Shown here: piece by piece, positions 13,735 to 27,787 of the stretch | Layout of the letters: the number at the start of each line of letters is the position of its first letter | Numbering within the stretch: the first letter of the stretch is position 1 | Source of the DNA: the human T2T-CHM13v2.0 reference genome, Homo sapiens | DNA length: 64,000 nucleotides | Assembly: GCF_009914755.1 (NCBI RefSeq) | Contig: NC_060927.1 | Strand: one strand, 5' to 3' | The notes under the pieces: model-generated | The model's database searches: none | Told to the model about the DNA's origin: nothing | The model's input: only the letters and a program-made list of their open reading frames with translations | Position numbers and translations under genes: made by a program

Positions 13735-16454
13735 TGGGCAAATCTCGATGCTCTTCAAGTGGTTGCCAGAGGATGTTTAGCATCAGATCCCAAGATATGA
13801 GCACAACTTTGTGAGTTATCTGGTACAGTATAACATCATTCAAGGTTTATCGCTTATATACAATAGCCGTCTTACTGTAGACAGCCCCTAACCAAGAGAA
13901 TGTTGAGAAAGCCTCAAATTCTGACAGGGCTGACAAGGGAAGGATGTGAGTAGGGGCACTAGTGATCAAAAGCACTGACTGTGACCTTCAGATTGAAATT
14001 AAGCAACCTGATGCAGTAATATCTAATCAGGAGAGTGAAAGGCTGAAGGTACAATCACATGTTTCCAGGACACTGGTAGACATGGAAGTAAATTATCAAT
14101 ATTAATCTTTGCCAAAAGAACAGTAGATTTACAGTGTATTTGAGTTCTTCAGAGGCAGTTGTAAATATCATTTATCCTATTACATGCTTTCTGGAAAGGA
14201 ACACATACAGACTAATTTGGTTGTTTGTTGCAATGAAAGGAGTCATCAGGATGCATTTTTAATCCAAATAGATCTCTTGTGAAATTATTTTCCGGAGACA
14301 TAGTCTAATGACACAAACTAAAACAGTATCTATAGCTAATTTTGGAGTCAGTAGAGAACACTGAGATTTCAGGCATCTTTACTTAGTGCCACTTTCTTTT
14401 ATAAATAATCAGAGGAAAGCAAGGTGGTAGTTTGGTGTCCTTTGTTTGCCTGTTTTGTTGTTAACCTTGAAGGAAAGATTGAAATTAATTTTAAATAATA
14501 TCTGCATTCTTATCCATCCACAAAAGAACTTTATTTTGCTTTGTTTTCAAAAAATTGCCTCTCAATTATTAAAATATTCTAATGTTTTAGTCCTTTTTTT
14601 CCCAAAAGAGGGTATTCTGATAAGGAACATTCTAGACTACTAGCAGAATTAGGTTAATACTTTTAATGCTTTTTTTTTTTCCTTGATTAAGCTGCTTTTA
14701 CTCATTTTAGGCCTCATTTTCCCTTTTTGATCATGAAGGTATCTCCCTAATTCACTGCAATCACATGAAAATTTAGCATAATAAAATTTCAAGTCACCTA
14801 TACATTTACTAGTTAAAAAGGAGAATTTCTCCCATTATCTTTAAGATCAGAGACAACATTTTGCATCTATCAATTCCTCATGCAGTGCTTTGTATTGTGT
14901 AAACAATAAGTAAATCTTTGATGAAGATAATCATGAAGAAGATAATGGTAATAATCATGATGACTATCAAATAAAAATAAGTTAATGTATGAATAATCAT
15001 TTTCTAAACTGTACATCTCTATAAAAATTAAAGCAATGTTGAAGAGATCTAAGTTGTCATCAATAATCATAGATTACCATTATCAGTGATGTTAATATTA
15101 TTCACACAGATATGCAATGATCTGACTTTCTCATCACCTCATTTTGCAAGTATTTCAGGATAAATGTGTGCCACTCTGAGTTATTTAGAACAAAACATAA
15201 ATGGAGACTTATCAGCAATTTAGCAACCTCAGTAATATTAAAGTTGTTAAAACAATCAAATACAGACTTAAAAGCAACTAAATCTGCTATATTTGCAAGC
15301 CCAAAATGCTACCTTAAAAAACTTCGTATATAATGTTGGTTTTATTTCCAAAGGTCAAAAGAGGGAAAGATTTTGTACCTGAATGTTATGATGAACAGCT
15401 TAGGGAATAAAATAACTAAAATACATTATACACATAAGTTGCAGTCATTTGAATATATAATCTGTGTATTAGCATCATTAACATATTCACATTTTCACAC
15501 CATCTGATGTTTGCCAAGGAATTATAAATTGATGTCTCCAAAAATTACCCAAGCATGTTGCATAGAGAAGCAATGCAAGAGGTGGAGAGGAAACCAAAAG
15601 GTCAAAACAAAGTGTTTCTCTCAAATGGAGCCAGAATGCCTTAAAGCATTCAGTTTGCAACTAGATAATCTGAGTTAAATACTTGAAAATAATGCAGATG
15701 GAAGGACTGTGAATGTTGCTAGAAGCATGAGATTTCCACCTGTGATTTTCTCACATTTCTGTTATTGATACTTAAAAAGTGAAAGTGCTATAGAAGTGCT
15801 CCCCACACACTCTGTTAACAAACATGACCCTTAGCCCTTCAAAAAATGCCTAATGCTAAAACAGAGTACCATGAAAAGACACATCCCTAAATAAAGAGAC
15901 AGCTAGTCGTGAATGGAGGCTAGGGTACCTCTCAAGAATCCTAGCAATTGCAGAAATCTGATCCACTTGGACATTTGTCTTGTGAACAACCACATGGCAA
16001 ATCAATGAAGCTCATTTATAGTTTGGTAATGGTTGCCAAAAAAAAAAAGATTTCTAAAAACAAAAAATTACTGAGTCTGAGGTCTCAGCTAAGAACTGTA
16101 ATGTGTGCCAAATTTACCTATTCTTGTAAGTCCACTTTCTATATGGATAGACACTAAAAGTGAAGCCTGCTGACCGATGGATAGATTAACCAAAGATTAG
16201 AATTGATATTAAATAGATCAAAAATATTTCTAAAGAATTTCCTGCTAACTCTCCAGAGCATAGTAGGGCCTCCGAGCTTATTAATGTTGGTGCTGTTTAG
16301 GCTAGAAAGTAGTACTTTTTCTTGTCAGGGTTCTCAAGATTGTGAGAGTTTTAAAAATATTTTTGTTATGATAATGGGCTCTAGTAAAAACAACCATCAT
16401 CAACAAATAAATAAGTCATTGACTTGATTACAGAAATCAACACAGTCATAATCA

Positions 16455-16661
<207 letters not shown>

Positions 16662-17034
16662 TAGGAACTACTAAACAAAAATTATTAAATGTTTCAAATG
16701 TTTACATTTAACAAATTAATGTCTGACGAATGTCTTTTTTCAATTCTGCCAGTATTTCTGGGACTACATATACTCCCTTATTTGAAGATGAGATCAAAAA
16801 TTTAAATTTGAGCCACTGCCCTATTGTGATTGCCAGGCTTCCCCTGTAACATGGGATTTGATTTTCAAATATGAGTGTGTGTGCGGGGGGAAGAATAATA
16901 GGCAATTACTTTATACAAATATCATTATATTGGAAGGAATGGTAGACAAATAGAAAATACTGTTTGAAACTCAAAAAACGTCAAGGATGGAGAGGAGGAA
17001 TAAATATTTAACATATCAAAAGCATAATATTTGA

Positions 17035-17365
<331 letters not shown>

Positions 17366-20300
17366 CTAAAAGAGTATCTTATATTCTAGTCATTGGAATA
17401 CATTTTCTGTTACTAGAAGGCAAGGACAGTGTGTTAAGCACATAAAACAAACAAGTACTGGACTTTAAAAAGTGAGCAAAACAGCATCACCCCATAACAT
17501 TGTCCTAGTGTTGCCTGGTATGTTGTCAATGCTCAAAAAATATTTTTATATAAATGAATGAATACTTGTCTTGTTGCAATGTTAGGTAGCAGGTCGATTT
17601 TGGTTGTAGTATTTTGCAGCCCATGACTTATTTTCCTTTTCTTAATCAAGTTGGAGAATCTCCAATACAAAGTGCATCTCTGGTGCTTTATTTCTTAATA
17701 TACCTACATTCTGCTTAGCAGGCAATATTTGGTTTGGCTGGCCTTAAGTAAGAGGAATCTTTCATTAGTAGTTTGAGAGTGTGGCTTCCATGAAATATGT
17801 AATCAATCTTGCATCCAGTGCATGAACTCTTGCTAAAGGCATGTATTGCATGAACCCTCTACTTGAATCCAATGCTCTGCGAACACTATTCAACTTTCAA
17901 GACACAGTGAGCCAAGACCACATCTTTGCAGTATCTCACTGGCTTCAGTGATGGCCCAGCTATTATTCAGGGACGGATCCAATAGTCCCTGAAGATTTAT
18001 TTCCTTTATTCTTGACATGTTTAAATGACTAGCTGCAGATGCATACAATCTGAGGTAATTTAGTCAAGAAGGAAGTGCGTTTACTCTAGCGCTCCTCTGC
18101 CGAAACGGTCTAGAGGAAGAGTAGATTCGAGAAGCAGCCCTGACATAAAGCATCGATACATCCATCTACTCTTTTGACAGATTTGAATAACTGAGACCAA
18201 ACTCTTTTATTGCTTGACTGAATTAGACTTTTTACTTTCTCTTTCTCCTATGCAAATTAGATACTAACAACTCTGGTCCTTCATACCTTAGAACCAAGCC
18301 AATCAAATGCCTATTTCTTTGAGCTTTTGTGTTTGAATATATTCAATAGTAATAAAATAAGCAGAAAAATTAAAGCCAGTTCTATCATATTTTCTCCACA
18401 AAAGGCCCTTATACTTTGAGGAAAATGTAATCAATTAAACAGTGACCTCTGTCACAGTAGGGTCTTCAACATATAAATGAAACTATATACCTTCATTTAG
18501 TTAATGGTCCATAGTAAGTACATGGAGATACAAATATTGCAAAATTCTGTACATACTGAGAAGTAGTCTTTAAGCAATTCTTGTAAGACTGGTTTCAGTG
18601 GGCTTAGAGACTTCTCTTACAACAGCACTAAAGAAATTAGTTACATAGGCTGCAGGAAAATATGCTTGTTTAGCACAAAACAGTAAGAAAGGAGGTGGCA
18701 ATGATTCACCTTGACTACAGGGAATGATTTTATAAAGAATAGAAATGATAAGTAAAGAAGTTTTATTTGAAAGCATTTAAGAAGCAATTATAGGCAATGA
18801 GGGGTAAAAAAAAAGATGAAGTAGTAAGTACTTGAAAGCTTATGAATAACAAATAAGGCTTATTCAGGTAATAACAGGTTACAGCAAAGTTGCTGGAATA
18901 TAGTATTCCATCAATATTAAGGAGAAGGATAAATACATTCATGCTTAGCTATTTGAAGAATAAATCCACATATGTATTTTTGTCACTCCTCCAAAAGAAT
19001 AAAAGGGTGCACCTGGTACACAAGTCAAGGTTCTATGGTCCCAATCAGGGTCAAATTTTTAACAATAAGTCAACCACTAAGGTACATAAAAGAGCCATGC
19101 ACAGCAATAACATTAGTTAAAAATGCAAAATTCTCCTGAGCTGATACAACTTTCCAACAAAAATATTATCCTTAAATTGTTTTCAGAGCTTAAATTACCA
19201 AGACTAAGCGCAAATGCTTCTAGCTAAGGCTGTTTCATGATACATTGGGTTGTAAATTTCTCAAAAAGAATGTTTCTATTTTAATAAGCTTGTTTTCTTC
19301 TTCTTTCTCTTTTCTTATTTCTTTTGCAATAGTGTACTTTTTCTCATTGACCTTTAATTAATTACCTTTAAAGCTAGCTAATAAAATGTATTGCTCTTGA
19401 CATAGATATCTAGAATTACCTTAATTTAACACGTTTTAGGGCATTCAACTAAAAATGCAAAGAGATTGTATTTTTTTCAGAACTCAGGGCCATAGCATAA
19501 AATCAGATGCCATGTGTTGTTATTTCCCTAGTGCGTTAATTATAAGAATATCTTTTACCTGAGGAGTTTAGATTGTATCTGTATGCACTTTGGTTCGTCA
19601 CATAGGTGATAAGTAAGCTGAAACCACAGAATGGTCTGACATAGAGGTGGAGTCCAGAGTTTCAGTCATCTTCTCTAACCTCAGCCTAGTTATTTTTAAT
19701 GTCTAAGCTAATGTTATTGAAGGACAAGTTGCATGTTATTCAATAATTATTTTCACCTCTGTACTAAACTGTTTCCTAACTTAGATAACCATTACATATT
19801 GCCATTAATAATCCTAACCAATTATAAGATAAGATGGAAACCTGGTTCCATCTTACTCACTATGTAACAACCACATGTAATTCCTGATATAGACTGAGTG
19901 CGTAACATAAATGATACGGGGTTAAAGACTTAGGAGTTCACTAACTCCTTCGGTTGTCTAACCGTACCCTCTTGAATCTCTGCAAAAGTGAACACATCAG
20001 AGGAGCTGCCAAGCAGTTGTGATTTTTGACCCCTTCCTGTAAAGATTTTATGAAGCATTAAAATAAACCCACATTACACAGTAAATACAATGTTAAAAAT
20101 AATTCTATAACTTTGTTTTTAAAATTGTGTGGCTGTGAGAAACTCATTTAACTTATTGCCCATGATTTCTCAGCAAACATGAGGCATATTCAAGGATTCT
20201 GCAAAGCGAGAAAAGTCTAACCCTCACAGCGTTCCCATAAGTGATGAACTATTTTGGAAAGTGAAGTTGACAGAATATGTTTTTAACATATTCAATCAAA

Positions 20301-22095
20301 TATTTATTAATGTATATTTTGAGGCTTCTTTTTCATTTTTTGGAGACCACATCTCAAGTCCTCTGAAGGTGCTGAAAAACTTACAAGCCCTAAAAACTGG
20401 AGGGTCCAAAGTATGAAACAGTTCCATTTTCACACCTACTTTAACTAGAGCAGATCGAATTTGAACCATCTTACACATTGGACATCTGCTAAAAAAATAT
20501 ATAATTTTTGGAGTTGGCAAACCACTGATACAGAACTTTTTAGCCTACCAAATGTGAAAACATAACAACATACACCCCTCTTTTTAGGAAAATGATTATT
20601 TTGGGGGAAAATCATAAAGCTATCACCTGGACATTTCATTTATTCAAATATAACGCAGTCAATGGCCTGTGCTTCTATATGTGTAAATTATCTTTGGGAT
20701 TTGAAGGTTAGTTAGCTAAATTACTTGGGCTATTTTTTTAAAAATCCAATTCAGACTTGTTCTGCTATACTATATTCTTCCTCTTGAGATTTCAGCTCCC
20801 TGAGTCTCCTGACATCTAAGATCTGAGAAACTAAAAGTTATCTAAGATTAGTATGTGGGACATTTTAATCTCTATTAGAAGATGAATTCTAACATATTTT
20901 ATAGATAATAAATGCTTTCAATATATCTTCAATAATTGCAGGGAGTAATAAAACCTGTCTAGTGTAGGATATCATAGTGGTTGATAAAATGATCCTATTG
21001 ATAATCATATAAGATCCAAATGATTTCCCAATGAACTCCCCTTTCTTTCTAATCATGACTTAAGATCTTTGCTGAATGCCCATTTCAGATTCTGTGTAAA
21101 CACATGAAATATGGCTTTGGAGCTTCTTAATACTTAATTGTATTAAAGTACTAGGCCTGTGCTTTAAATGTTTCTAGAAGAAAATTGAGTCCTTAAAGAG
21201 TAAGACAAGACTACAATTTTTCATACAGAATGCCCAGCACTGAAAATTACATTAAGGAAGAAAACCAAATCACCAAATGCCAAGGGAGGTATTCTACTTC
21301 CAATAGGGAAACAGTATCTTGTATCAGCTCAATTCTCCTTCAGATAACAATTATAAATCTGTAAAAGAAGGGAATCACAATAGGTGGACCCTATATTTAC
21401 CTAAATTCTCTCTCTGAGGTAACATCCTGGTTCACTATGACACAGGGAAATACGTATAAAGAGGTAGGGCTGCGGAGACAGAGACTGGAGTTCAGGACCA
21501 CCAGAATGGTTTAACATTGAAAAGCCCTCTAAAATAAGTCAACTTCAGATGGGAACATTTTAAACATGAATGCAGATTTACCTCATATACTTGGCTGAGT
21601 CTTAAACTGCAAATATACAAGGTAAGAATTTTAAATCATAAAGCAACATCTGGGTAGCGAAATAGCTAAGCAGAGCTTCCAACAGTTGCCCAATGCTAGG
21701 GAGAGTTGAGGTAAAATCCTATCAACTTAGAGGTACTTGATAAATACATTGACTTTTCCACTGAAATGCCCCAAAGTCTAGTAATTAAGAGTAAGGAACA
21801 CATAGAAGGACAACCAACATCACCTTGGAACTAAGGGCAAACTGAAGTAAACCCATCTTAGCAAGTCTAAAACTGAGCGTCAATATGACTGAAGTGAACT
21901 GCCAATAAATTACTTCCTTCCAGAAGAAAACTCAACATTCTTTAAAGGAAAATAACAAAATCGGAAATGTCTAAAATATACCACCAATACTGTACAGCAC
22001 AGAATATAATTTTCTAGGTGTGCAAGAAAGCACAGAACTATCACCCATAACCTAGAGCTAAAGGAATCAACAGAGACATGTACACAGATAATCTA

Positions 22096-22141
22096 TTAGG
22101 CTGGTGCAAAAGTTATTGCAGTTTCTGCCATTACTTCTAAT
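22096..22141 (+). mobile_element. MADE1 (Hsmar1 MITE), one arm
   Basis: ta-ttaggctggtgcaaaagttattgcagtttctgccattact. Confidence 0.8.
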
Positions 22142-22939
22142 ATGTAATTCTACTATATGTTAGAATTAGTAGACAAGAACTTCAAAACAACGACTAAAAA
22201 CAGTTTAAATCATACACAATAATGGATGAACAGAATGAGGAAAGAGATGGAGAACTTCAAGACAAAATGGGAAGTTTAAAAATGGATATAATAGAAACTC
22301 TACAACTAAAAAGGGCAATAATAAAAATGAAAATTCGTGGGATGTGCTTAACAGAACACCGGACACAGAAAAAGAAAAGATCAATGAACTCAAAGAGAGG
22401 CCAATATAAACTATTTAAATTGATTTCAGAGAAAAAAACTAATTTAAAAAATAGCTTTTCAACAAATGGTGCTGCAAAAACTGACATTCACAGGTCAAAA
22501 AGGAATGCAAACACTGACTTTACACCTTTCACAAAAATTAACTCAAAATGTATTATAGAACTAAATGTAAAATGCAAAACAGTAAAACTCCTAGATAGGA
22601 TAGGAGAAAAACTAGGTGATCCTGAGTTTGCCAATGACTGTTTAGATAAAACATCAGAAGTGCAATTCATGAAGAAAAACTTAAAGTTGGACTTCATCAA
22701 AGATAAAAACTTTTGCTCTGCAAAAGATACTGTTAAGAGAATGAAAAGGTAAGCAAAAGACAAAGAAAATATTAACAAAACACATATCTGATAAAGGACT
22801 TTTATTAAAAATATACAAAGAAGTCTTAAAACTCCAGAAAAGCAAACACACAACACAGTCCAAAAATGATTAAAAGATCTGAACAGACACCTCACCGAAG
22901 ATAAACTGATGACAAATGAACATATTAAACCTGCTCCCG

Positions 22940-23081
22940 AGCCAGGCATGGTGCTGTGTGCCTATAGTTCCAGCTACTTGAGAGGCTGAGGTGGGAGAAT
23001 TGTTTGAGCCCATGAATTTGAGACCAGTCTGGGCAACATAGCGAGATTTCATCTTGCTTTAAAAAAAAAAAAAAAAAAAAA
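22940..23081 (+). mobile_element. FLAM (Alu monomer) with A tail
   Basis: Single monomer ending gaccagtctgggcaacatagcgaga, then poly(A). Confidence 0.85.
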
Positions 23082-23120
23082 GATGCTAAATATTGTATGC
23101 CTTTAGGAAATAGCAAACTA

Positions 23121-23154
23121 TTAGGTTGGTGCAATCCCTTTCATGCCAACCTGA
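23121..23154. mobile_element. Internally deleted MADE1 mini-element flanked by TA
   Basis: TA-ttaggttggtgcaa...gccaacctga-TA, inserted in L1 ORF2 sequence. Confidence 0.7.
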
Positions 23155-23994
23155 TAAAACATCCACGAGATACTACCACACACCTATTTGAATGGCTAAA
23201 GTTCAGAACACTGACAGCACCAAATACTAGTGAGAATGTGGAGCAATAGGAACTCTAATTCACTGCTGGTAGGAATGCAAAACGGCACAGCCAAATTGGA
23301 AGACACTTTGGCAGTTTTTTACAAAACTAAACATACTGTTAGCATAAGATACAGCAATCATGCCCCTTGGTATTTACCCAAATGAGCCAAAATTTTATGC
23401 CCATCAAAAACCACAAATGATTATAGCAGCTTTGTTCATTACTGCCAAAATTTGGAAGCAACCAAGATGTGCTTTAGTAGTTGAATGAATAAACAAACTG
23501 GTATATCCAGCCTATGTGATACTATTTGGTGATTAAAAAGAAATGACCTATCAAGCTATGAAAAGACAAGGAATAATCTTAAATGCATATCGCTAATTGA
23601 AAGAAGCCAATCTGAAAGGCTACATCCTATATGGTTCTGACTATATGACATTCTGGAAAAAGACCAAACTATGGAGACAGTAAAAGTATCAGTGGCTTCC
23701 AGGGAAGGATAAATAGGTGCTCCAGGAAAGACGGAGCAAAAGGTATTTTTAGGGCAGTAAAACTGTAGTGTATGATGCTGTAATAGTGTATGTATACCAT
23801 ATACATTTCTCAAAATCCACAGAATGTACACTACAAGTGAACCCTAATGTAAACCATGGATTTTGGTTCGTTATAATGTATCAATATTGGCTCATCAGTT
23901 GAGATAAAGGTACCATACTAAGATAAGACTTAATCACAGCAGAAATTATGCGTGTGTGCTGGGGGTGGGGGTGGTAGCATGAGAACTCTCTGTA

Positions 23995-24323
23995 TTTGTT
24001 TTTTGTTTTTGTTTTTTTTTGTTTGTTTTTGTTTTTGTTTTGAGATGGAGTCTCTCTCTGTCCCCTAAGCTGGAGTGCAGTTGTGCAATCTCCACTCACT
24101 GCAACCTCCACCTCCTGGGTTCAAGTTATTCCTCTACCTCAGCCTCCAAAGTGGCTAGGACAACAGTCACATGTCCCCATGCCCAGATAATTTTTGTATT
24201 TTTAGTAGAGACGGATTTACATCATGTTGGCCAGGCTGGTCTCAAACTCCTGACCTCAGGTGATCTGCCTGCCTCAACCTCCCAAAGTTTTGGGATTACA
24301 GGTGTGAGCCACTGCACCTGGCT
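23995..24323 (-). mobile_element. AluSx-like
   Basis: Reverse Alu with ctcctgacctcaggtgatc and (TTTTTG) tail. Confidence 0.93.
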
Positions 24324-25255
24324 ATGGATTTTCTACTCAATTTTTCTGTAAACCTAAGGCTGCTCTAAAAAATAAAGTCTATTAATTTTAAAAAGTAGAA
24401 CAGACTATCTAAACTATGGGCCTATATCACATAATCTAATATACATGTAAAAGGAGTCCTAGGAAAGAGAATGGGGCAATGGAAATATTTGAAGAGATGA
24501 TAGCTGAAAGTTTTCCAAATTTGAAGAAAATCATCAACCCCAAACCCAAGAAGTTCAGAAAACAACAAGCAGAATAATTGCAAATAATATGTTCTATGAA
24601 CTATTAGGTGCATGATAGTCAAATTGCTAAAATCCAAGGATAAAAAAACAAATCTTCAAAAGCAGCCAGCAGGAAAACAAAGCAAAGAAGGAATACTACT
24701 TTCAGAGGACCAGGATGAGTTATAACTGACTTACTAGAAACAGCAAAAATAGAAGACAAGGAATTATTCTTAATCATGTGAAAAAGTCATCCTAGAAGCC
24801 ATCCTAGAATTCTAAATCTTCAGCAATAATAGCATATAAAAAAATTCTAGAAAAATAAAATTTGGTGGGCTTTGTCCCCAAGAGACTCACACTAAAAGGT
24901 GTTTAGTTCAGGCTGAAGTAATAACAACTTCCTGATGTCTTCAGGAAGATACATTGCTAAATGTTACACTTTAAAAATAATATTTAGAAGACTATTGCCT
25001 GTTTTATTAAATATTTTAAATATTGTTTTAAAACATGCCAAGAAATGAAATATATGACAAAAGAGCATCACTAAAAAGCCAGTAGAATAAAGAATAAAAT
25101 TCTCTCTAAAAATATTCAATCCAAAATAAGGCAGAAAAAAAGGAACAAAGAAAGATGAGTCCAATAGAAAACAAAGGACAAGATGGTGTATTTAAGTTTA
25201 ACAAATGTATAACCACATACAATCCAAATGGACTACACTCTAATTGAAAGACAGA

Positions 25256-25545
25256 TGCAATCCCAGCACTTTGGGAGGCTGAAGCAGGATGATCACTTGA
25301 GCCCAGGAGTTTGAGACCAGCTTGGGCAACATAGCCAGACCCCATCTCTGCAAAAAATTTTAAAATGAGCCAACCTGGGCATGGTGGCACATGTCTATAG
25401 TCCCACCTATTTGAGAGGCTGAGGTGGGAGGATAAGTTGAACTGGGAGGTCAAGGCTACAGCCATGATTACACCACTGCACTCCAGCCTGGGTGACAGTG
25501 AGAATTTGTCTCAAAACGGAAAAAACAAATGAAAGAAAGAAAAAC
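25256..25545 (+). mobile_element. AluJ, slightly 5'-truncated
   Basis: gatcacttgagcccaggagtttgagacc; gaggtcaaggctacag. Confidence 0.92.
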
Positions 25546-25807
25546 AGAGAATGTTTTAGACGCTTAATCTACTGGAGGAAGAGTATGAAATCCTCCAGTT
25601 CCCAAGACCCAAGCAAAGATTCACTACTTCAGGGGAAAGTGATAGTAGCAAAATCCACCTCCCCAGGGAAAGGGGCAAGAAACCTTCTCACACAGAGAAT
25701 CTTGTCTGACTACAACAGGGCTACTAAGCAGGAACACTGAGAAAGCCCTAATCTGAGCCCTGGGCTCACAGGATCTGCCCAATAAGTGACTACTTGAGGA
25801 TGATGAT

Positions 25808-26190
25808 TGTATTAGTCCATTTTCACACTGCTATAAAGAAATATCATAGACTGGGTAATTTGTAAAGGAAAGAGGTTTAATTGACTCACAGTTCCACTTG
25901 GCTGGGGAGGCCTCGGGAGAGATAGAACCATGGTGGAAGGTGAAGGGAAGCAAGCACCTTCTTCACAAGGCGGCAGGAGAGAGAATAAAAGCGGGCACAG
26001 GAAAAAGTGACACTTTTAGAACCACCAGATCTCATGAGACTCACTCACTATCATGAGAACAGCAGTGGGGAAACTGCCCCATAATCCAATCACTTCCATC
26101 CCTCAACAAGTGGGGATTACAGCCCTTGACACGTGTGGGATTCCAATTTGAGATGAGATTTCGGTGGGGACACAGAGCCAAATGATATTT
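25808..26190 (-). mobile_element. THE1D-like MaLR solo LTR
   Basis: tgtattagtccattttcacactgctataaag...ggggacacagagccaaa. Confidence 0.9.
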
Positions 26191-26894
26191 TATTTCCTTT
26201 CATCCATGGGCAAAGGTTTGTAAGATATTTTCAAGAAAATTTAGAGTGCTAATATAGTTTCAGTTTCACAAATCTTGAAACTGCTAGTTTTTCCCCCAAA
26301 TTTGAAACTTTTTTTTGGTTTATGCAAGACATTTTGAACAAGTTTTAATAAGGCATTTAAACATCTCTTCCCTTTTCTAAAATACATGCCTCTTTAATAA
26401 TTGGAAGGAAACCATTACTTTTTTAACACAATGTCGAGTTCAGAGCTAGATAATGAAGTTAAACAAGTATATTCTTCCTTTAAGTTTTCTAGGTAGATGG
26501 TGTCTTTAAATCTAAATTAAAATATCTTCGCATACTTTGAGGGCATAAGCTTTAGGAGTTTCTTATAATTGCTTACATTGACTTTTCCTAGGCTGTAAAT
26601 TCAGTCTTGCCTTACAATTAAAATGATTTCAATTACATTTGTGGTTTACATTTAAAAACCTATGAAGTACATTTTTTTCCTTTATAAAAAGTATGCACTG
26701 GTTTTCTTTAAAAGCATTTCAAAATCTTGACCATAAAAGCAAATAGCTGATTTCTTTTTAACAAAAACATGAACAAGTTACATATTTTACATGCGAGGTA
26801 ACATTGGGGTATTTATAACATCATTACCAAATTCTAGTTGGTCTAAATAAGTTTCCTAAAATAATCTCTAGTTTGGAACATACTGAAAAGAGGG

Positions 26895-27068
26895 AAGCAG
26901 CACAGTATAATAAAGTGCTTGACTGAAAGTCACCTGATCTGGCTTCTTTTTCTGAGTCTATCACTAACTAGCTGGGTGACCCTCTATGTCTCAGCTTTTC
27001 CTCTGTGCAGTTAAGAGTTTGGATTATGTTATCTCTCTGGTTTCTTTCATATCCGACATTCTTTATGC
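26895..27068 (+). mobile_element. MIR/MIR3 fragment
   Basis: cactaactagctgggtgacc...tctcagcttttcctctgt. Confidence 0.5.
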
Positions 27069-27149
27069 ACGCTATTCAATTGCCTTATTCTATATTTAAC
27101 CCCTTTTTGCTGTCTCTAGTGAAAGCATCCAGTTTTATAAGAAGAAGAT

Positions 27150-27292
27150 TAAATTTGCATTAGAATTACCCAGAGATATTTATTAAACAACAGATTCCTG
27201 GGCCGCAGTCCTATAGCTACAATTTAGTAAGTATGAAGTAGGGCCCAGTTACATGAATTTTTAACCATCATGGCAGGTGATTCTGATTTGGT
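27150..27292. mobile_element. MER5A fragment
   Basis: gcattagaattacc...cagattcctgggcc...caggtgattctgat. Confidence 0.6.
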
Positions 27293-27366
27293 GCTTACAG
27301 GTACAAGAGCCTACAATATAAAATGCTTTGTATTTTAAGGGTAAGGGTAGGATGAGTAGGGTAGGA

Positions 27367-27787
27367 CAGGTAGGGTATCCATCCCACCCCGTCCCCTTTC
27401 CACTGAAAGCCATTTTCATAGCTCAATACAATCCTTCTCTGCCCTCCTCACCCTTCAATGTCCCGCATATCCTCATTCTTTTGGGACGTGGTACAACAGC
27501 TTGAGAACCGCTGAACACAGGTACAAGCTATAACACAGGCAAGCTGGGGAATGCTATGGTGGCCGAGGCCCAGGTGGGGTGTCGCTGCTGGCCAAGGGTC
27601 CCCAGCTTGCAAAGTGACTGAGAAGAAATATCCTACATCATTTACAAGCATCAGAGAGTAACAAGGCAATAAAGAGCTCTATTTCTCTAAGGCCATTTCT
27701 GATTCTGGAAGAGGTGCTGAAAGACAGGGAAAATTATCAGTATTTTTAACAGCTTCATGGAGTAAGGGGAGTCTAGGACTTTTAAAA
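27367..27787 (+). repeat. Diverged local duplicate of 29453-29920 (LTR 3' half plus non-LTR flank)
   Basis: Colinear similarity continues past the LTR end (cctacatca) into aaggccatttctgattctgg...ggagtaaggggagtctaggact; direct repeats at 27315-27345 and 27786-27815. Confidence 0.9.

Larger units (their letters stand above)
22454..24394 (+). mobile_element. L1MC-type 3' segment (ORF2 end plus 3'UTR)
   Basis: ttttcaacaaatggtgctg...tggaagcaaccaagatgt...aaacctaaggctgctctaaaaaataaagtct. Confidence 0.85.
21290..25255 (+). mobile_element. Old L1M 5'/ORF1 region, split by a younger L1MC insertion
   Basis: A-rich ORF1-like sequence at ~22150-22450 resumes at 24395 (gaaatatttgaagagatgatagctgaaagttttccaaatttg) and runs to an ORF2-start-like motif near 25225. 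Confidence 0.65.
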
